A stretch of 64,000 nt of DNA, taken from the sequence record SRR2962707_1122. One strand, 5' to 3'. The translations under genes were made by a program, and so were the position numbers. Shown one piece after another: positions 48,761 through 59,121 of the stretch. A model generated the notes under the pieces. It saw only the letters and a program-made list of their open reading frames with translations, did no database searches and was not told the origin of the DNA. The first letter of the stretch is position 1. Every line of letters begins with the position of its first letter.

Positions 48761-49597
48761 ATGACGCTTCATCGCCCCGAATCGCTCGACGCTGCGCTCT
48801 CGCTGCTGTCTGACACTGGTGCCGTAGTTTTGGCTGGGGGCACCGATTTATACCCGAGCCTGCGTGACGGGGCGCCACCAGCGGTCATGATTGATGTCTC
48901 CGGTATATCTGGGCTGCGCGGCATTACGCTTGAAGACAACGGCTGGCGCTTTGGTGCCGCAACCACGTGGACGGATATCCTTGTGGCCGATCTTCCCCAT
49001 TTGTTTGACGGGTTAAAGGCAGCGGCACGCGAAGTGGGTTCGGTCCAAATTCAGAATACCGGAACGGTGGCGGGCAACCTTTGCAATGCCTCCCCGGCCG
49101 CGGATGGGGTGCCAGCGTTGATGGCACTGGACGCAGAAGTAGAGTTGGTCAGCCCAAACGGAACCCGCAAATTGCCATTGGCAAAATTCATAACGGGTCC
49201 GCGACGGACGGAATTGCAGCCGGGTGAACTCGTCTCTGCCATCTTGATTCCGAAAGCTGCCGGATCCGGTGCGTTTTTGAAACTGGGTGCGCGGAAATAC
49301 CTTGTGATCTCAATTGCGATGACATCGGCCGTGATTGAAACAGAGGCTAATCAGATCACACGGGCGCGCCTGTCGGTTGGGGCCTGCTCTCCGGTTGCGT
49401 TGCGGTTCTCAGATTTGGAGACCGCTTTGATCGGGGCCACGGCACAAACCGTGGGGGATATCATCGCCGCTTCTGAACTGCCCGGAATTGCGCCAATCGA
49501 TGATGTCCGGGCCAGTGGACTGTATCGGACAGGAGCGCTTCGAACCCTATTAACTCGCACCATTCTGAAGGCTATGGAGAACTCTGATGTCGCTTGA
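48761..49597 (+). CDS. Molybdenum hydroxylase FAD subunit (nicotinate dehydrogenase NdhF/CoxM-like)
   Basis: LAGGTDL, QIQNTGTVAGNLCNASPAAD, PIDDVRAS. Confidence 0.9.
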   Translation: MTLHRPESLDAALSLLSDTGAVVLAGGTDLYPSLRDGAPPAVMIDVSGISGLRGITLEDNGWRFGAATTWTDILVADLPHLFDGLKAAAREVGSVQIQNTGTVAGNLCNASPAADGVPALMALDAEVELVSPNGTRKLPLAKFITGPRRTELQPGELVSAILIPKAAGSGAFLKLGARKYLVISIAMTSAVIETEANQITRARLSVGACSPVALRFSDLETALIGATAQTVGDIIAASELPGIAPIDDVRASGLYRTGALRTLLTRTILKAMENSDVA

Positions 49598-52310
49598 TTC
49601 CCCCTTCGATCCGATTTCCTTTACCCTGAATGGCGCAAAGCTATCTGTTTCAGTCAATCCTGCGACCCGCCTGTCTGATGTGCTGCGTGACACGGCGAAT
49701 GCCAAGGATGTCAAAGTGGGCTGCAATGCGGGCGATTGCGGGGCGTGTACTGTCCTATTGGATGGCGCACCGATCTGTTCCTGTATTACCGCCGCAGGGC
49801 AGGCCGAGGGCAGAACGGTGGAGACACAGGCTGGCTTGTCCACAACAGACCCAGACGGCCAGAGATTGGCCAAAGCCTTCCAACGTCATCAGGCCGCGCA
49901 ATGCGGGATTTGCACACCGGGGATGATGGTCTCAGCTGTCGCGCTATTGCGGTCTGGCGAAGAGCTAACATCCGACTCTGTGTCTGATGCCTTGGGCGGC
50001 GTTCTTTGCCGTTGTACAGGCTACCGCAAAATTATCGACGCGGTTTTAGACGCTTCTACTGATGAGCTTTTGACAGACGGGACTTTGGGCGACTCCATTA
50101 CTCGGTTGGACGGTTGGCCCAAGGTGACCGGGACAGAGCTGTTTGGCGACGACGTCGCGCCCGTTGATGCGTTAACGCTACACGTAATCCGGTCGCCCTT
50201 CCATCGGGCCGGGTTCTCATTCGGAGATCTTGAGGCATTTCGGAGCCAGAATGGGCTTGATCTGGTCCTGACCGCCCATGACGTGCCGGGTGACAACAAA
50301 TTCGGTGTCATTCCTGGCTTCGAAGACCAGCCCGTCTTTGCGGAAACCGAAGCGCGCTTTAAGGGCGAAGCCGTTGCCGCTGTTATTGGAACAGCTGCGG
50401 CGCTCGCGGCGATGTCTGAGTTTCCGGTTGTTTGGCAAGAGCTTCCCAGCAACTTGACCCCTAAAGGTGCGGCCTCAGCTGCATTGTTGCACGACGACCG
50501 CTCGGACAATGTCATGTGCCGAGGATATGTCGCATGCGGCGATGCAGCAGCGGGCCTGAAGACGGCGGCACATGTGGTTTCGGGTGATTTTTCGACTGGG
50601 TTTATTGAGCATGGGTATATTGAACCAGAGGCCGCCTGGGCTCAACGGGTTGCTGACCGGCTAGAGCTGCAATGCTGCACACAGGCGCCCTATATGAACC
50701 GCGAAGCGATTGCGCGCATTCTTGGGCTAAAGGAAGAAGAAGTTCGGGTTGTACCAACCGCAACCGGGGGTGGATTTGGTTCTAAACTGGATTTGTCGGC
50801 GCAACCTTTTGTGGCTCTGGCTGCGTGGAAACTCGGGCGTCCGGTCAAATTGGCGTATACGCGAACGGAAAGCCTTATGAGCACGACGAAGCGCCATCCC
50901 TCTGAAATCCACATGGAGATCGGGGCCGATGAGACGGGCCGGATCGTTGCGGTGCGTTTTGATGGAGTGTTCAACACGGGGGCTTATGCCAGTTGGGGCC
51001 CAACAGTGGCCAACCGTGTCCCTATTCACGCATCAGGCCCGTATCTGACCCCAAACTACGAAGCAAAGAGTGCCGGTATTCACACGAATACCGCACCATC
51101 CGGCGCGTTTCGCGGTTTTGGCGTACCGCAATCCGCGGTCGCGCAAGAACAACTCTATGACATCATGGCCGACAAGCTTGGGATCGACCGGTTAGAGTTT
51201 CGCCGGAAGAACTGCTTGCTAAACGGGAATCCAACGGTCACGGGGCAGGTTTTTGATATCGGCATGGGTATGGATGCTTGTCTGGATGCGTTAACCACCC
51301 GTTGGCACGCGGCCTTGGCAGAGGCGGAGGCCTTTAACAAAACGAACACAACCCGGAAACGGGGCGTCGGTGTTGCAGGGGGATGGTATGGGTGTGGAAA
51401 TACATCAATGTCCAATCCGTCGACCGTTCGAGCCGGGGTGACCAGTGACGGTGAACTGTGTTTGCATCAGGGGGCCGTTGATATCGGGCAGGGGTCCAAC
51501 ACCGTCATCACGCAGATCTTTGCAGAAGCAATAGGCGTTCCGGTGTCACAAATCACCCGATTGGGCGCCGACACAGATCTTACACCGGATGCCGGGAAAA
51601 GCTCGGCCAGCCGCCAAACCTTTGTTACAGGGAATGCCGCGCGCTTGTGTGGAGAAAACCTCAGGGCTCAGATTCTGAAGATGGCCAATGTTGGGGATGG
51701 CGCGACAATCACCTTTGTTGATGGTGTGATCGAATTATCGGACGAAGGGACAACCAGCCGTGTCGTGCTTGACGCGGTAGAAGGGTATGCTTTGGAAGCG
51801 ATCGAAAGTTATGATCCACCGACGACAGCCTTGGACTCAAATGGTCAGGGCGATCCCTATGCCGTTTTTGGTACCGCCGCCCAAATGGTCGAGCTGGAAG
51901 TCGATATGGAGTTGGGCACAGTCAAATTGTTGGAATTCGCTGCCGCCCATGATGTGGGGCGCGCAGTCAATCCGCTTCTGGTCGAAGGGCAAATTGAAGG
52001 CGGTATTGCCCAAGGGATCGGTCTGGCTTTGATGGAAGAATTTTTGCCCGGCCGGACGGAGAACCTCCATGACTATCTTATCCCGACAATCGGGGATGTG
52101 CCGGAAATCGATTGCATCATTATCGAGACCGGTGATGCGCATGGCCCTTATGGCGCTAAGGGTTTAGGAGAGCATTGCCTGATCCCGACAGCGCCGGCGG
52201 TGCTTAATGCCATCGCCCATGCCAGCGGCGCCCGGATTCATCATCTACCAGCTACTCCTGATCAGGTGCGAACAGCGATTCTCGCGACTGAATCAGGCGC
52301 TGGATCGTGA
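49587..52310 (+). CDS. Molybdenum hydroxylase, fused 2x[2Fe-2S] + molybdopterin subunit (nicotinate dehydrogenase-like)
   Basis: GCNAGDCGAC, QCGICTPG, LCRCTGY, GGGFGSK, AFRGFG, DIGQG, SASRQT, GAKGLGE. Confidence 0.9.
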   Translation: MSLDSPFDPISFTLNGAKLSVSVNPATRLSDVLRDTANAKDVKVGCNAGDCGACTVLLDGAPICSCITAAGQAEGRTVETQAGLSTTDPDGQRLAKAFQRHQAAQCGICTPGMMVSAVALLRSGEELTSDSVSDALGGVLCRCTGYRKIIDAVLDASTDELLTDGTLGDSITRLDGWPKVTGTELFGDDVAPVDALTLHVIRSPFHRAGFSFGDLEAFRSQNGLDLVLTAHDVPGDNKFGVIPGFEDQPVFAETEARFKGEAVAAVIGTAAALAAMSEFPVVWQELPSNLTPKGAASAALLHDDRSDNVMCRGYVACGDAAAGLKTAAHVVSGDFSTGFIEHGYIEPEAAWAQRVADRLELQCCTQAPYMNREAIARILGLKEEEVRVVPTATGGGFGSKLDLSAQPFVALAAWKLGRPVKLAYTRTESLMSTTKRHPSEIHMEIGADETGRIVAVRFDGVFNTGAYASWGPTVANRVPIHASGPYLTPNYEAKSAGIHTNTAPSGAFRGFGVPQSAVAQEQLYDIMADKLGIDRLEFRRKNCLLNGNPTVTGQVFDIGMGMDACLDALTTRWHAALAEAEAFNKTNTTRKRGVGVAGGWYGCGNTSMSNPSTVRAGVTSDGELCLHQGAVDIGQGSNTVITQIFAEAIGVPVSQITRLGADTDLTPDAGKSSASRQTFVTGNAARLCGENLRAQILKMANVGDGATITFVDGVIELSDEGTTSRVVLDAVEGYALEAIESYDPPTTALDSNGQGDPYAVFGTAAQMVELEVDMELGTVKLLEFAAAHDVGRAVNPLLVEGQIEGGIAQGIGLALMEEFLPGRTENLHDYLIPTIGDVPEIDCIIIETGDAHGPYGAKGLGEHCLIPTAPAVLNAIAHASGARIHHLPATPDQVRTAILATESGAGS

Positions 52311-52395
52311 AGCACAGCAACCGTAGTTCAAGCCGTTTCCAACCCGTAGATACGTTTGCTCTTTGGTTGAGTGCCAAAGTGAAGGAAAGAACAAC

Positions 52396-54459
52396 ATGAA
52401 TGACTTTAAGACGCCAAATGGCACCTTCGCTGGCATCGATGTAGGCGGTACCTTCACCGATCTTGTCCATTACGACAGCAATGCGGGTCGGGTGAAACTC
52501 GCTAAGGTTCCGACGACTTTGGACAATCAGGCGCATGGGGTCTTGGCGGCGCTGGACGCGGCAGATGTGGACGCTGCGACGCTTGACTTAATCGTCCACG
52601 GAACGACAACAACGACAAATGCTGTGTTGGAACGGCAGCTTTGCAAAACAGGTTTGATCACCACTCTTGGTTTTCGGGATGTTTTGGAATTGGGGCGGCG
52701 CACTCGGCCCAATGCTTATGGGATGTCTGGGCAGTTCAAACCGCTGATTCCGCGTGACCTACGCCTGGAAGTGCCTCAGCGACATTTGGCGGATGGGTCC
52801 GAATACCTTGCCTTGGATGAAGATGCCGTGCGTGCAGCGGTGCAAACGCTGCGCGACGCTGATTGCGAAGCCATCGTTATTCATTTCCTGCATGCTTATG
52901 CCAATCCAGCCCATGAATTGTGCGCGCGGGACGTTGCTTTGGAGATTTGGCCAGAGGCCAACATCACGATGGGCCACGCGCTTTTGTCGGAAAGCCGGGA
53001 ATATGAGCGCGGCGTTACAGCAGCAGTGAATGCGTCGGTTCAACCCTTGTTGCGCCGATATGTTGAGCGCTTGGCGGATCGTTTGGCAGAACGCGGGTAT
53101 GAACGTGACTTGTTGGTGATGAATGGGAACGGCGGCATGGTGTCCGCGCGGATCGTTGCAGAAGAGGCCGCCAAAACGGTGATGTCCGGTCCGGCGTCTG
53201 GGGTGATGGCCGCAGCTTATACAGGCCGCCGGGCGAAAATCCCTGATCTTCTGACGTATGATATGGGGGGCACATCGACCGATGTCGCCATGATCCGAGG
53301 CGCCGATCCTGCGGTCAGCCACGAGATCGAGATTGAATATGCCATGCCAATTCACGTCCCGATGGTCGATGTGCGCACGGTAGGTGCGGGTGGTGGATCT
53401 ATCGCGCGGGTGGATGCGGCAGGTTTGTTGCAGGTGGGTCCGGATAGCGCGGGCAGCACGCCCGGGCCAATCTGTTACGGCAAGGGCGGCACCGACCCGA
53501 CGATTTCGGACGCCAATATGCTGCTAGGTCGGATGAACCCCGCGAAACTGAATACAATTGCCGGGGATGTGTCGATCGAGATGATCCGCGACGTCTTTGA
53601 CAAAGAGCTGGGGCAGGCGTTGAATCTGGACGCCATCGAAGCAGCGTCAGCTGTCTTGAAAGTGGCGACCGCCAAAATGGCAGATGCGGTTCGGATGGTC
53701 TCGATCTCTTTGGGCGAAGATCCAAGAGATTTTGCCCTCTTCGCTTTTGGTGGGGCCGGGCCTTTGCACGCCTGTGCCATTGCGCGGGAACTTGGCGTGC
53801 CACGTGTGCTTGTGCCAGCACGTCCCGGCATTACAAATGCGCTGGGCTGCATTGTGGCTGACTTGCGCCATGACTTTGTACAGACGATCAATAAACCCCT
53901 TGATCAATGTGATATGGACGAGGTCCACGCGGCCTTTGCCCGGCAGGTGTCGGATGGCAACAAAGCCATTGACCGAGAACGCGTTCAGATTGCGGAACGG
54001 CGCATCATGTATTTGGCCGAGATGAAGTTCATTGGTCAAACGCATTTGCTGCGTGTTCCGCTTCCAAATGCGGAACCCACAAGAGACGAGCTTCAGGAGC
54101 TATTTGAAGAAGCGTATTTCAAACGGTTTCAGGTAGCCTTGCCAGAGATCCGCGCCGCTTTGGTCAATGTGTCGACCTCTGTCATTGGTCGTCGTCCCGA
54201 GATCGATTTGTCCGCCTTGATCGACAAAGATGGTCGCAAGGCAACTTTGGAAGACGCTCAAACAGGTACGCGTTCGGTCTGGTTTGATGGGTGGGTTGAG
54301 ACACCTGTCTATTGGCGCGATCACTTACCCGCCGATGCAACGCTAAAGGGGCCGGCCATCGTTGAGCAAATGGACTGTACCCTAGTGATGGAGCCGGGTG
54401 ATGCCGCAGAACAAGACACGGACGGAAATCTTATCGTGACTGTAGGAGACGCCGCATGA
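52396..54459 (+). CDS. Hydantoinase/oxoprolinase subunit A (ATP-dependent lactamase)
   Basis: IDVGGTFTD, HGTTTTTNA, SGPASG, DMGGTSTD, GAGGGS, FGGAG. Confidence 0.92.
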   Translation: MNDFKTPNGTFAGIDVGGTFTDLVHYDSNAGRVKLAKVPTTLDNQAHGVLAALDAADVDAATLDLIVHGTTTTTNAVLERQLCKTGLITTLGFRDVLELGRRTRPNAYGMSGQFKPLIPRDLRLEVPQRHLADGSEYLALDEDAVRAAVQTLRDADCEAIVIHFLHAYANPAHELCARDVALEIWPEANITMGHALLSESREYERGVTAAVNASVQPLLRRYVERLADRLAERGYERDLLVMNGNGGMVSARIVAEEAAKTVMSGPASGVMAAAYTGRRAKIPDLLTYDMGGTSTDVAMIRGADPAVSHEIEIEYAMPIHVPMVDVRTVGAGGGSIARVDAAGLLQVGPDSAGSTPGPICYGKGGTDPTISDANMLLGRMNPAKLNTIAGDVSIEMIRDVFDKELGQALNLDAIEAASAVLKVATAKMADAVRMVSISLGEDPRDFALFAFGGAGPLHACAIARELGVPRVLVPARPGITNALGCIVADLRHDFVQTINKPLDQCDMDEVHAAFARQVSDGNKAIDRERVQIAERRIMYLAEMKFIGQTHLLRVPLPNAEPTRDELQELFEEAYFKRFQVALPEIRAALVNVSTSVIGRRPEIDLSALIDKDGRKATLEDAQTGTRSVWFDGWVETPVYWRDHLPADATLKGPAIVEQMDCTLVMEPGDAAEQDTDGNLIVTVGDAA

Positions 54460-56159
54460 CACTTGATCCCATTACATTGACCGTCATTCAATCTGGTCTT
54501 CAACAAGTCTGTGATGAGATGGATGTCAGTTTCTCTCGCGCGGCGTTTTCACCTGTAATTGCAGAGGCCAATGATCGCTCAGACGGTATTTATTCGGCGG
54601 TCGATGGCAGTTTGATCGCCCAAGGCTCGCAAGGTTTGCCGGTCTTTGTCGGGACGATGCAATACTCCACGGCTACGCTCATCGAGATGATCGCAAACGG
54701 GAAAGCCGTACCGCCAAAGCCCGGCGACATATATATCGTCAACGACCCGTATCTGGGCGGAACGCACCTTATGGACGTGCGCTTTGCGATGCCGGTTTGG
54801 CGGGACGGCAAGATCTTTTGTTGGCTGTCCAACACCGGCCATTGGCCCGATACGGGCGGTGCGGTTCCCGGTGGCTTTTCGGCCTCTGCGACAGAAGTGG
54901 AACAGGAAGGTTTGCGCCTGCCGCCCGTACGGCTGTTCAAGGAAGGCGAACTTGATCCCGAAATCTATGCCATCATTTGTTCAAACATCCGCGTTGCGGA
55001 CCAACGTATCGGCGATGTGAAAGCTCAGGCCGCCGCCCTTTATGTTGGACAGGCGCGATTGATCCGCCTTTTGGATCGCTATGGCGATGACACAGTGCAA
55101 GACGCGATTGGCCAATTACGCAGCCGTGCGGCGCAACAAATGAGGGCCAACATCGCGGGAATTCCACCGGGCACTTACCACTCTGTGGCCTATGTCGACA
55201 GCGATGGTGTTGTAAACGAACCTTTGGAAATTCGTCTTGCAATTAAAGCCGACGGGGAAACATTGGAGTTTGATTTTACCGGGTCGTCCGCACCTTGTGC
55301 GGGCCCAATGAACTCGGTTCTCGCAACCACGCATTCGTCGGTCTACCTCGCTATGCGGCATATTTTTCCTGATGTCCCAATCAGCGCCGGCGCGTTTGAG
55401 CCGTTGCGGATTGTTCGTCCGACAGACACGTTCTTGGATGCGCATTATCCGCGGCCTGTTTCAGGCTGCGCGGCCGAAGTCAGTCAACGTATCGCAGAGG
55501 CGGTCTTTGCCGCCTTGGTAGAACCTTTGCCGCATTTGGTGACGGCCTCGCCTGCCGGGTCGTCTGGTAATTTTGCTCTAGGGGGCGATGTGCCGGAAGA
55601 AGGCCGTAGCTATGTCATGTACCAGATTTCCGGGGGCGGTTATGGCGGTTATGCCGAAGGTGATGGTATTTCCAACGGATGTTCGACCATCGGTATTTCC
55701 AAAGCCCCACCTGTCGAAATCATGGAACAACAATTCCCCGTTCTGTACCACCGCTACGCTTTGCACGAAGGGTCCGGAGGAGCAGGCAAGCACCGTGGTG
55801 GCTTTGGGCTCGACTACGAAGTTGAGATCCTGAAAGGGACAGCGCGCGCCAGCTTTGTCATGGACCATGGAAAGTTTGGCCCTCAGGGCGCCGTTGGCGG
55901 TAAAGATGGCGGCGTGAACGAGATTTTGGTCACGCAAGGAGGTCAGAGTTTTGTACCTGAGCATCTATCAAAAGCGCAGGGAATTGCGCTGTCTGCTGGG
56001 GATCGTGTGCGGGTAAAGACGCCCGGCGGCGGCGGCTACGGTGCCCCGCAAGATCGCGACCCGGTCTTGATCGCTGAAGATGTGCGGCTTGGGCGCTATA
56101 CGGCAGAAGATTCTGAGCGTCTTTTTGGTCAAGCAGAGATCAAGGCCACCGACGGGTAG
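54456..56159 (+). CDS. Hydantoinase B / oxoprolinase subunit
   Basis: FSPVIAEAND, NDPYLGGTHLMD, HWPDTGG, GSGGAGKHRGG, TPGGGGYG. Confidence 0.92.
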   Translation: MTLDPITLTVIQSGLQQVCDEMDVSFSRAAFSPVIAEANDRSDGIYSAVDGSLIAQGSQGLPVFVGTMQYSTATLIEMIANGKAVPPKPGDIYIVNDPYLGGTHLMDVRFAMPVWRDGKIFCWLSNTGHWPDTGGAVPGGFSASATEVEQEGLRLPPVRLFKEGELDPEIYAIICSNIRVADQRIGDVKAQAAALYVGQARLIRLLDRYGDDTVQDAIGQLRSRAAQQMRANIAGIPPGTYHSVAYVDSDGVVNEPLEIRLAIKADGETLEFDFTGSSAPCAGPMNSVLATTHSSVYLAMRHIFPDVPISAGAFEPLRIVRPTDTFLDAHYPRPVSGCAAEVSQRIAEAVFAALVEPLPHLVTASPAGSSGNFALGGDVPEEGRSYVMYQISGGGYGGYAEGDGISNGCSTIGISKAPPVEIMEQQFPVLYHRYALHEGSGGAGKHRGGFGLDYEVEILKGTARASFVMDHGKFGPQGAVGGKDGGVNEILVTQGGQSFVPEHLSKAQGIALSAGDRVRVKTPGGGGYGAPQDRDPVLIAEDVRLGRYTAEDSERLFGQAEIKATDG

Positions 56160-56182
56160 GTCAGTTTTGCACTCAAAGGAAG

Positions 56183-57397
56183 TTAGGCGACCGCTAGGAC
56201 CGGTCTTCTGTTAATTGTTAGCCACAGCGCAGAAACAATGATCAGATTGATCACCCCGGCGATCGCCGCGTTTGCAAAGGTCCATTGGTAATTGCCTGTC
56301 AGGTCGAACAAGAAGCCGCCTTGCCAGCCGCCAAGCCCATGTCCCAGATACGCGAAGGCCATAATGATCCCCAATGAAGACGCACGCCTTGCCGGAGCGG
56401 TAACATTGCGGGTGGTCACAATAATTGCCGTCATCACCCCGGCATATCCAAATCCATAAATTGCCGCATAGATGAAAAAGCTGTTTAGGTTTTCAACGTA
56501 GAAGAAACCGAACACGAGCAAGGTTTGCCATCCCGACGCCAAAAGATACGAAGGGATCGCGCCAATTAGGTCGGTCAGTTTACCAAAGGCAACGCGCCCA
56601 AAGATTGCGACCGTGAGCATCACCATCGCGACGCTACCCGCTTCGGGGGCCGTAAAGCCTCTGTCTTGGATCAATGGAACAAGGTGCATCAAGGGAACGG
56701 CCATACAGGTGCAGCAACAAATCACAGCCAAAGAAAGCCATGCGGTGATCACCCCATTGGGCAGACCTGAAGGTGTTTTGTCGGACAAGGTGATCTGGCT
56801 TTTGCTCGACGGGGGATCTCTCAAAAGAAGTCCAATTGGGAAAAGCACACCGATTGTCACCGCGCCTTGCGCCATCATCGCGCCGCGCCATCCTAACGCA
56901 TCGATCAGGAAGGCGCCGGTAAAGGGAACCCCACCTTGCCCCAATGCCTGACCCGCAGAGGCGATACCGATGGCAAGCCCAGCGCCCAAAGCAAACCAAT
57001 TTCCGACCAAGGCCATGAGCGGGGCCGAAATCGCGCCGCCACCAAGTGCTCCAGCCAGGAAAAACAAGGTATAGAGCTGCCATAGTTCGGTCGCCCGCGA
57101 TGCCGCCATAATAGACAGGCCGGTGATAAGAATGCCGGACAGGGCAACGATGCGCACGCCGAATTTCTCGGCAGCAAAGCCCATAAAGATTGACCCTAGG
57201 GCCAAGCCCAATAAACCAGAGGTGTTGATCAAGGCGATATCGCCACGACCCCATCCCTGCGAAGCTTCAATCGGGATGAAATACACGGAAAGCCCGTTGA
57301 CGAGCTGACCCATTGTCACCGCTAGAATAATTGTTGAGACCGTCAGCACCACCCAACGATAGCGGTGATCTTGGTCGAATTCTGTGGCTTTGGTCAT
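56183..57397 (-). CDS. MFS transporter
   Basis: About 12 hydrophobic segments, GFAAEKFGVR loop motif. Confidence 0.88.
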   Translation of the reverse strand: MTKATEFDQDHRYRWVVLTVSTIILAVTMGQLVNGLSVYFIPIEASQGWGRGDIALINTSGLLGLALGSIFMGFAAEKFGVRIVALSGILITGLSIMAASRATELWQLYTLFFLAGALGGGAISAPLMALVGNWFALGAGLAIGIASAGQALGQGGVPFTGAFLIDALGWRGAMMAQGAVTIGVLFPIGLLLRDPPSSKSQITLSDKTPSGLPNGVITAWLSLAVICCCTCMAVPLMHLVPLIQDRGFTAPEAGSVAMVMLTVAIFGRVAFGKLTDLIGAIPSYLLASGWQTLLVFGFFYVENLNSFFIYAAIYGFGYAGVMTAIIVTTRNVTAPARRASSLGIIMAFAYLGHGLGGWQGGFLFDLTGNYQWTFANAAIAGVINLIIVSALWLTINRRPVLAVA

Positions 57398-57794
57398 CTC
57401 AAACTACTCCGAGTTGGACGGCGACACGGCCAAGTGTTTGTACCTTCCTGGATGGTACGCGGCTTATGTGAGGATGACTAGCTTTGGTTCAAAGTTTTGA
57501 CGTGAAGGTGTTTCGGTATTCAGGCGTCATTCCCGTTCAAATCACGACAGAATGGGCCATGTTCAGGAATTTGGCGTCGAGCCGTTTGGTGGCGGCAACA
57601 GGCTTCATTGGCCTGTCCAGGGGGTTTTGCGCGTTCGGGAGAGCGACCCTGTTCCTTTTGTGCGTGATAGCGTTTTGACGCAGCGTATCCGGTTTTTTGC
57701 AACGAACGGTTTGCGTCACTGCAAAAGCCTTCGCATAGTTATCCCGCGTTTTATCCGATAGGATCGAACGCGTCGCAACAAAGAGGATTTAATC

Positions 57795-58130
57795 ATGGCC
57801 TTTCCTGAATTCATCATGGGGTTCCCCGCGATAGATGTGCCCTTTGCCGAAGATATCGTCAAAACCCGCGCAATCAGATCGGATGCGGGCCTTGTGGTCT
57901 TTTTCACGTTTCTGACGGACTTTGAATTGCCGATGCATTCGCACGGGGCTCAATGGGGCACGGTTGTCGAGGGCGAGATCAAATTCGTGATCGGTGGAAA
58001 AGCTGTCACCTGTGGGCCGGGCGACAGCTATGACATTCCAGCAGGAGTCGAGCATGGCGCTTCGATCAAAGCCGGGACTTTGGCAATTGATGTGTTCCAC
58101 GAAGCGGATCGTTATCCAATCAAGGGGTAA
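57795..58130 (+). CDS. Cupin domain protein
   Basis: PMHSH...QWG and GDSYDIPAGVEH; GAGGA RBS. Confidence 0.85.
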   Translation: MAFPEFIMGFPAIDVPFAEDIVKTRAIRSDAGLVVFFTFLTDFELPMHSHGAQWGTVVEGEIKFVIGGKAVTCGPGDSYDIPAGVEHGASIKAGTLAIDVFHEADRYPIKG

Positions 58131-58164
58131 GTTCCGACCCATACGGCGGACCCAAAAGTCCGCG

Positions 58165-58920
58165 CTATAGGACGCGTTCCAACCCGGCTTGCACCTTTTT
58201 CAGGTGCGGCAGATAGCGCGTGATCACGTCTTGGGCAGACTCCTGAACCGCCGCCATCCCCGTGTTAAGCGCCGCAACCGTTTCGCCGCGTGAAGTCAGC
58301 AATGGGATGGCGATGGATCGCAGGCCGACCTCAATTTCCTGATCAACCAAAGCATACCCATCGATCTTGGCCTGTGTGACCTTCGCCATAATTTCTTGGG
58401 GATCGGTCAAACTGGTGGGGGTGCGGGGCGTCAGATCAGAAGCGGTGATCCGATCGTAGGCTTGGTCCGAAGGTAAAGTCCCGAGCAACACCCGTCCCAT
58501 GGATGTGCAATAGGCAGGCAAGCGGGAACCCGGCATCAACCCGATAGACATGACACGGCGTTGGGCGGCGCGGGCGATATACACAATTTCGGTATCGTCC
58601 AGAATGGCGACGGAACAGGATTGTCCGATCTGCTCTGACAGCTGATCAAGCCAAGGCTGCACCAGTTTGGGTAAAGGCAAAGACGTCATCGCCCCCATTC
58701 CAAGGCGCAATGCACGATGCGTCAGTGTAAAGAACTTACCATCATAGTCGGCATAGCCTTCATGGTGCAGCGTCAACAGGCACCGCCGTGCCGTCGCCCG
58801 ATCAAGTCCGGTCGTGGCCGCCGCCTCTGCGATCGACAGGCGGGGGTGGTTGCTGCCAAAGGCCTCAAGCACGCGCAATCCCTTTGCGAGTGAACCAATG
58901 TGATCTGTGGTCTTGATCAT
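58165..58920 (-). CDS. pcaR: IclR family regulator, PcaR-like
   Basis: SLAKGLRVLEAF, TGLDRATARRCLLTL, GSRLPAYCTSMGRVLL; divergent from pcaIJF. Confidence 0.85.
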   Translation of the reverse strand: MIKTTDHIGSLAKGLRVLEAFGSNHPRLSIAEAAATTGLDRATARRCLLTLHHEGYADYDGKFFTLTHRALRLGMGAMTSLPLPKLVQPWLDQLSEQIGQSCSVAILDDTEIVYIARAAQRRVMSIGLMPGSRLPAYCTSMGRVLLGTLPSDQAYDRITASDLTPRTPTSLTDPQEIMAKVTQAKIDGYALVDQEIEVGLRSIAIPLLTSRGETVAALNTGMAAVQESAQDVITRYLPHLKKVQAGLERVL

Positions 58921-59121
58921 AGCTATGCACCAAAAAATTGCTCAAGAGAACGGACGTCACCTAAGTTGATTTTGTTGGTTCAAGCAAGGGCACCAAGCCT
59001 TGCGTCCTATACCTGAGACAGACTGAATGACTGGTTTGTCGACACGGGCTTTCCGCTGGTTCTGGGCAACTTGTCTAAACCCTTAGGTGAAAATGAGAGT
59101 TCTAGGCGGTTGCTTCGGCTG

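Noticed and set aside
48761-52310. Xanthine dehydrogenase or CO dehydrogenase assignment
   Set aside because: The AFRGFG active-site loop is not the CoxL signature, and the neighbouring hnr and NicR-like regulator point to a pyridine substrate.
57397-57795. Possible sRNA or small ORFs in a 400 bp intergenic region
   Set aside because: No convincing structure, RBS or motif.
57795-58130. Cupin as a DMSP lyase (DddW/DddQ/DddK)
   Set aside because: Only generic cupin motifs; no DMSP or acrylate genes nearby.
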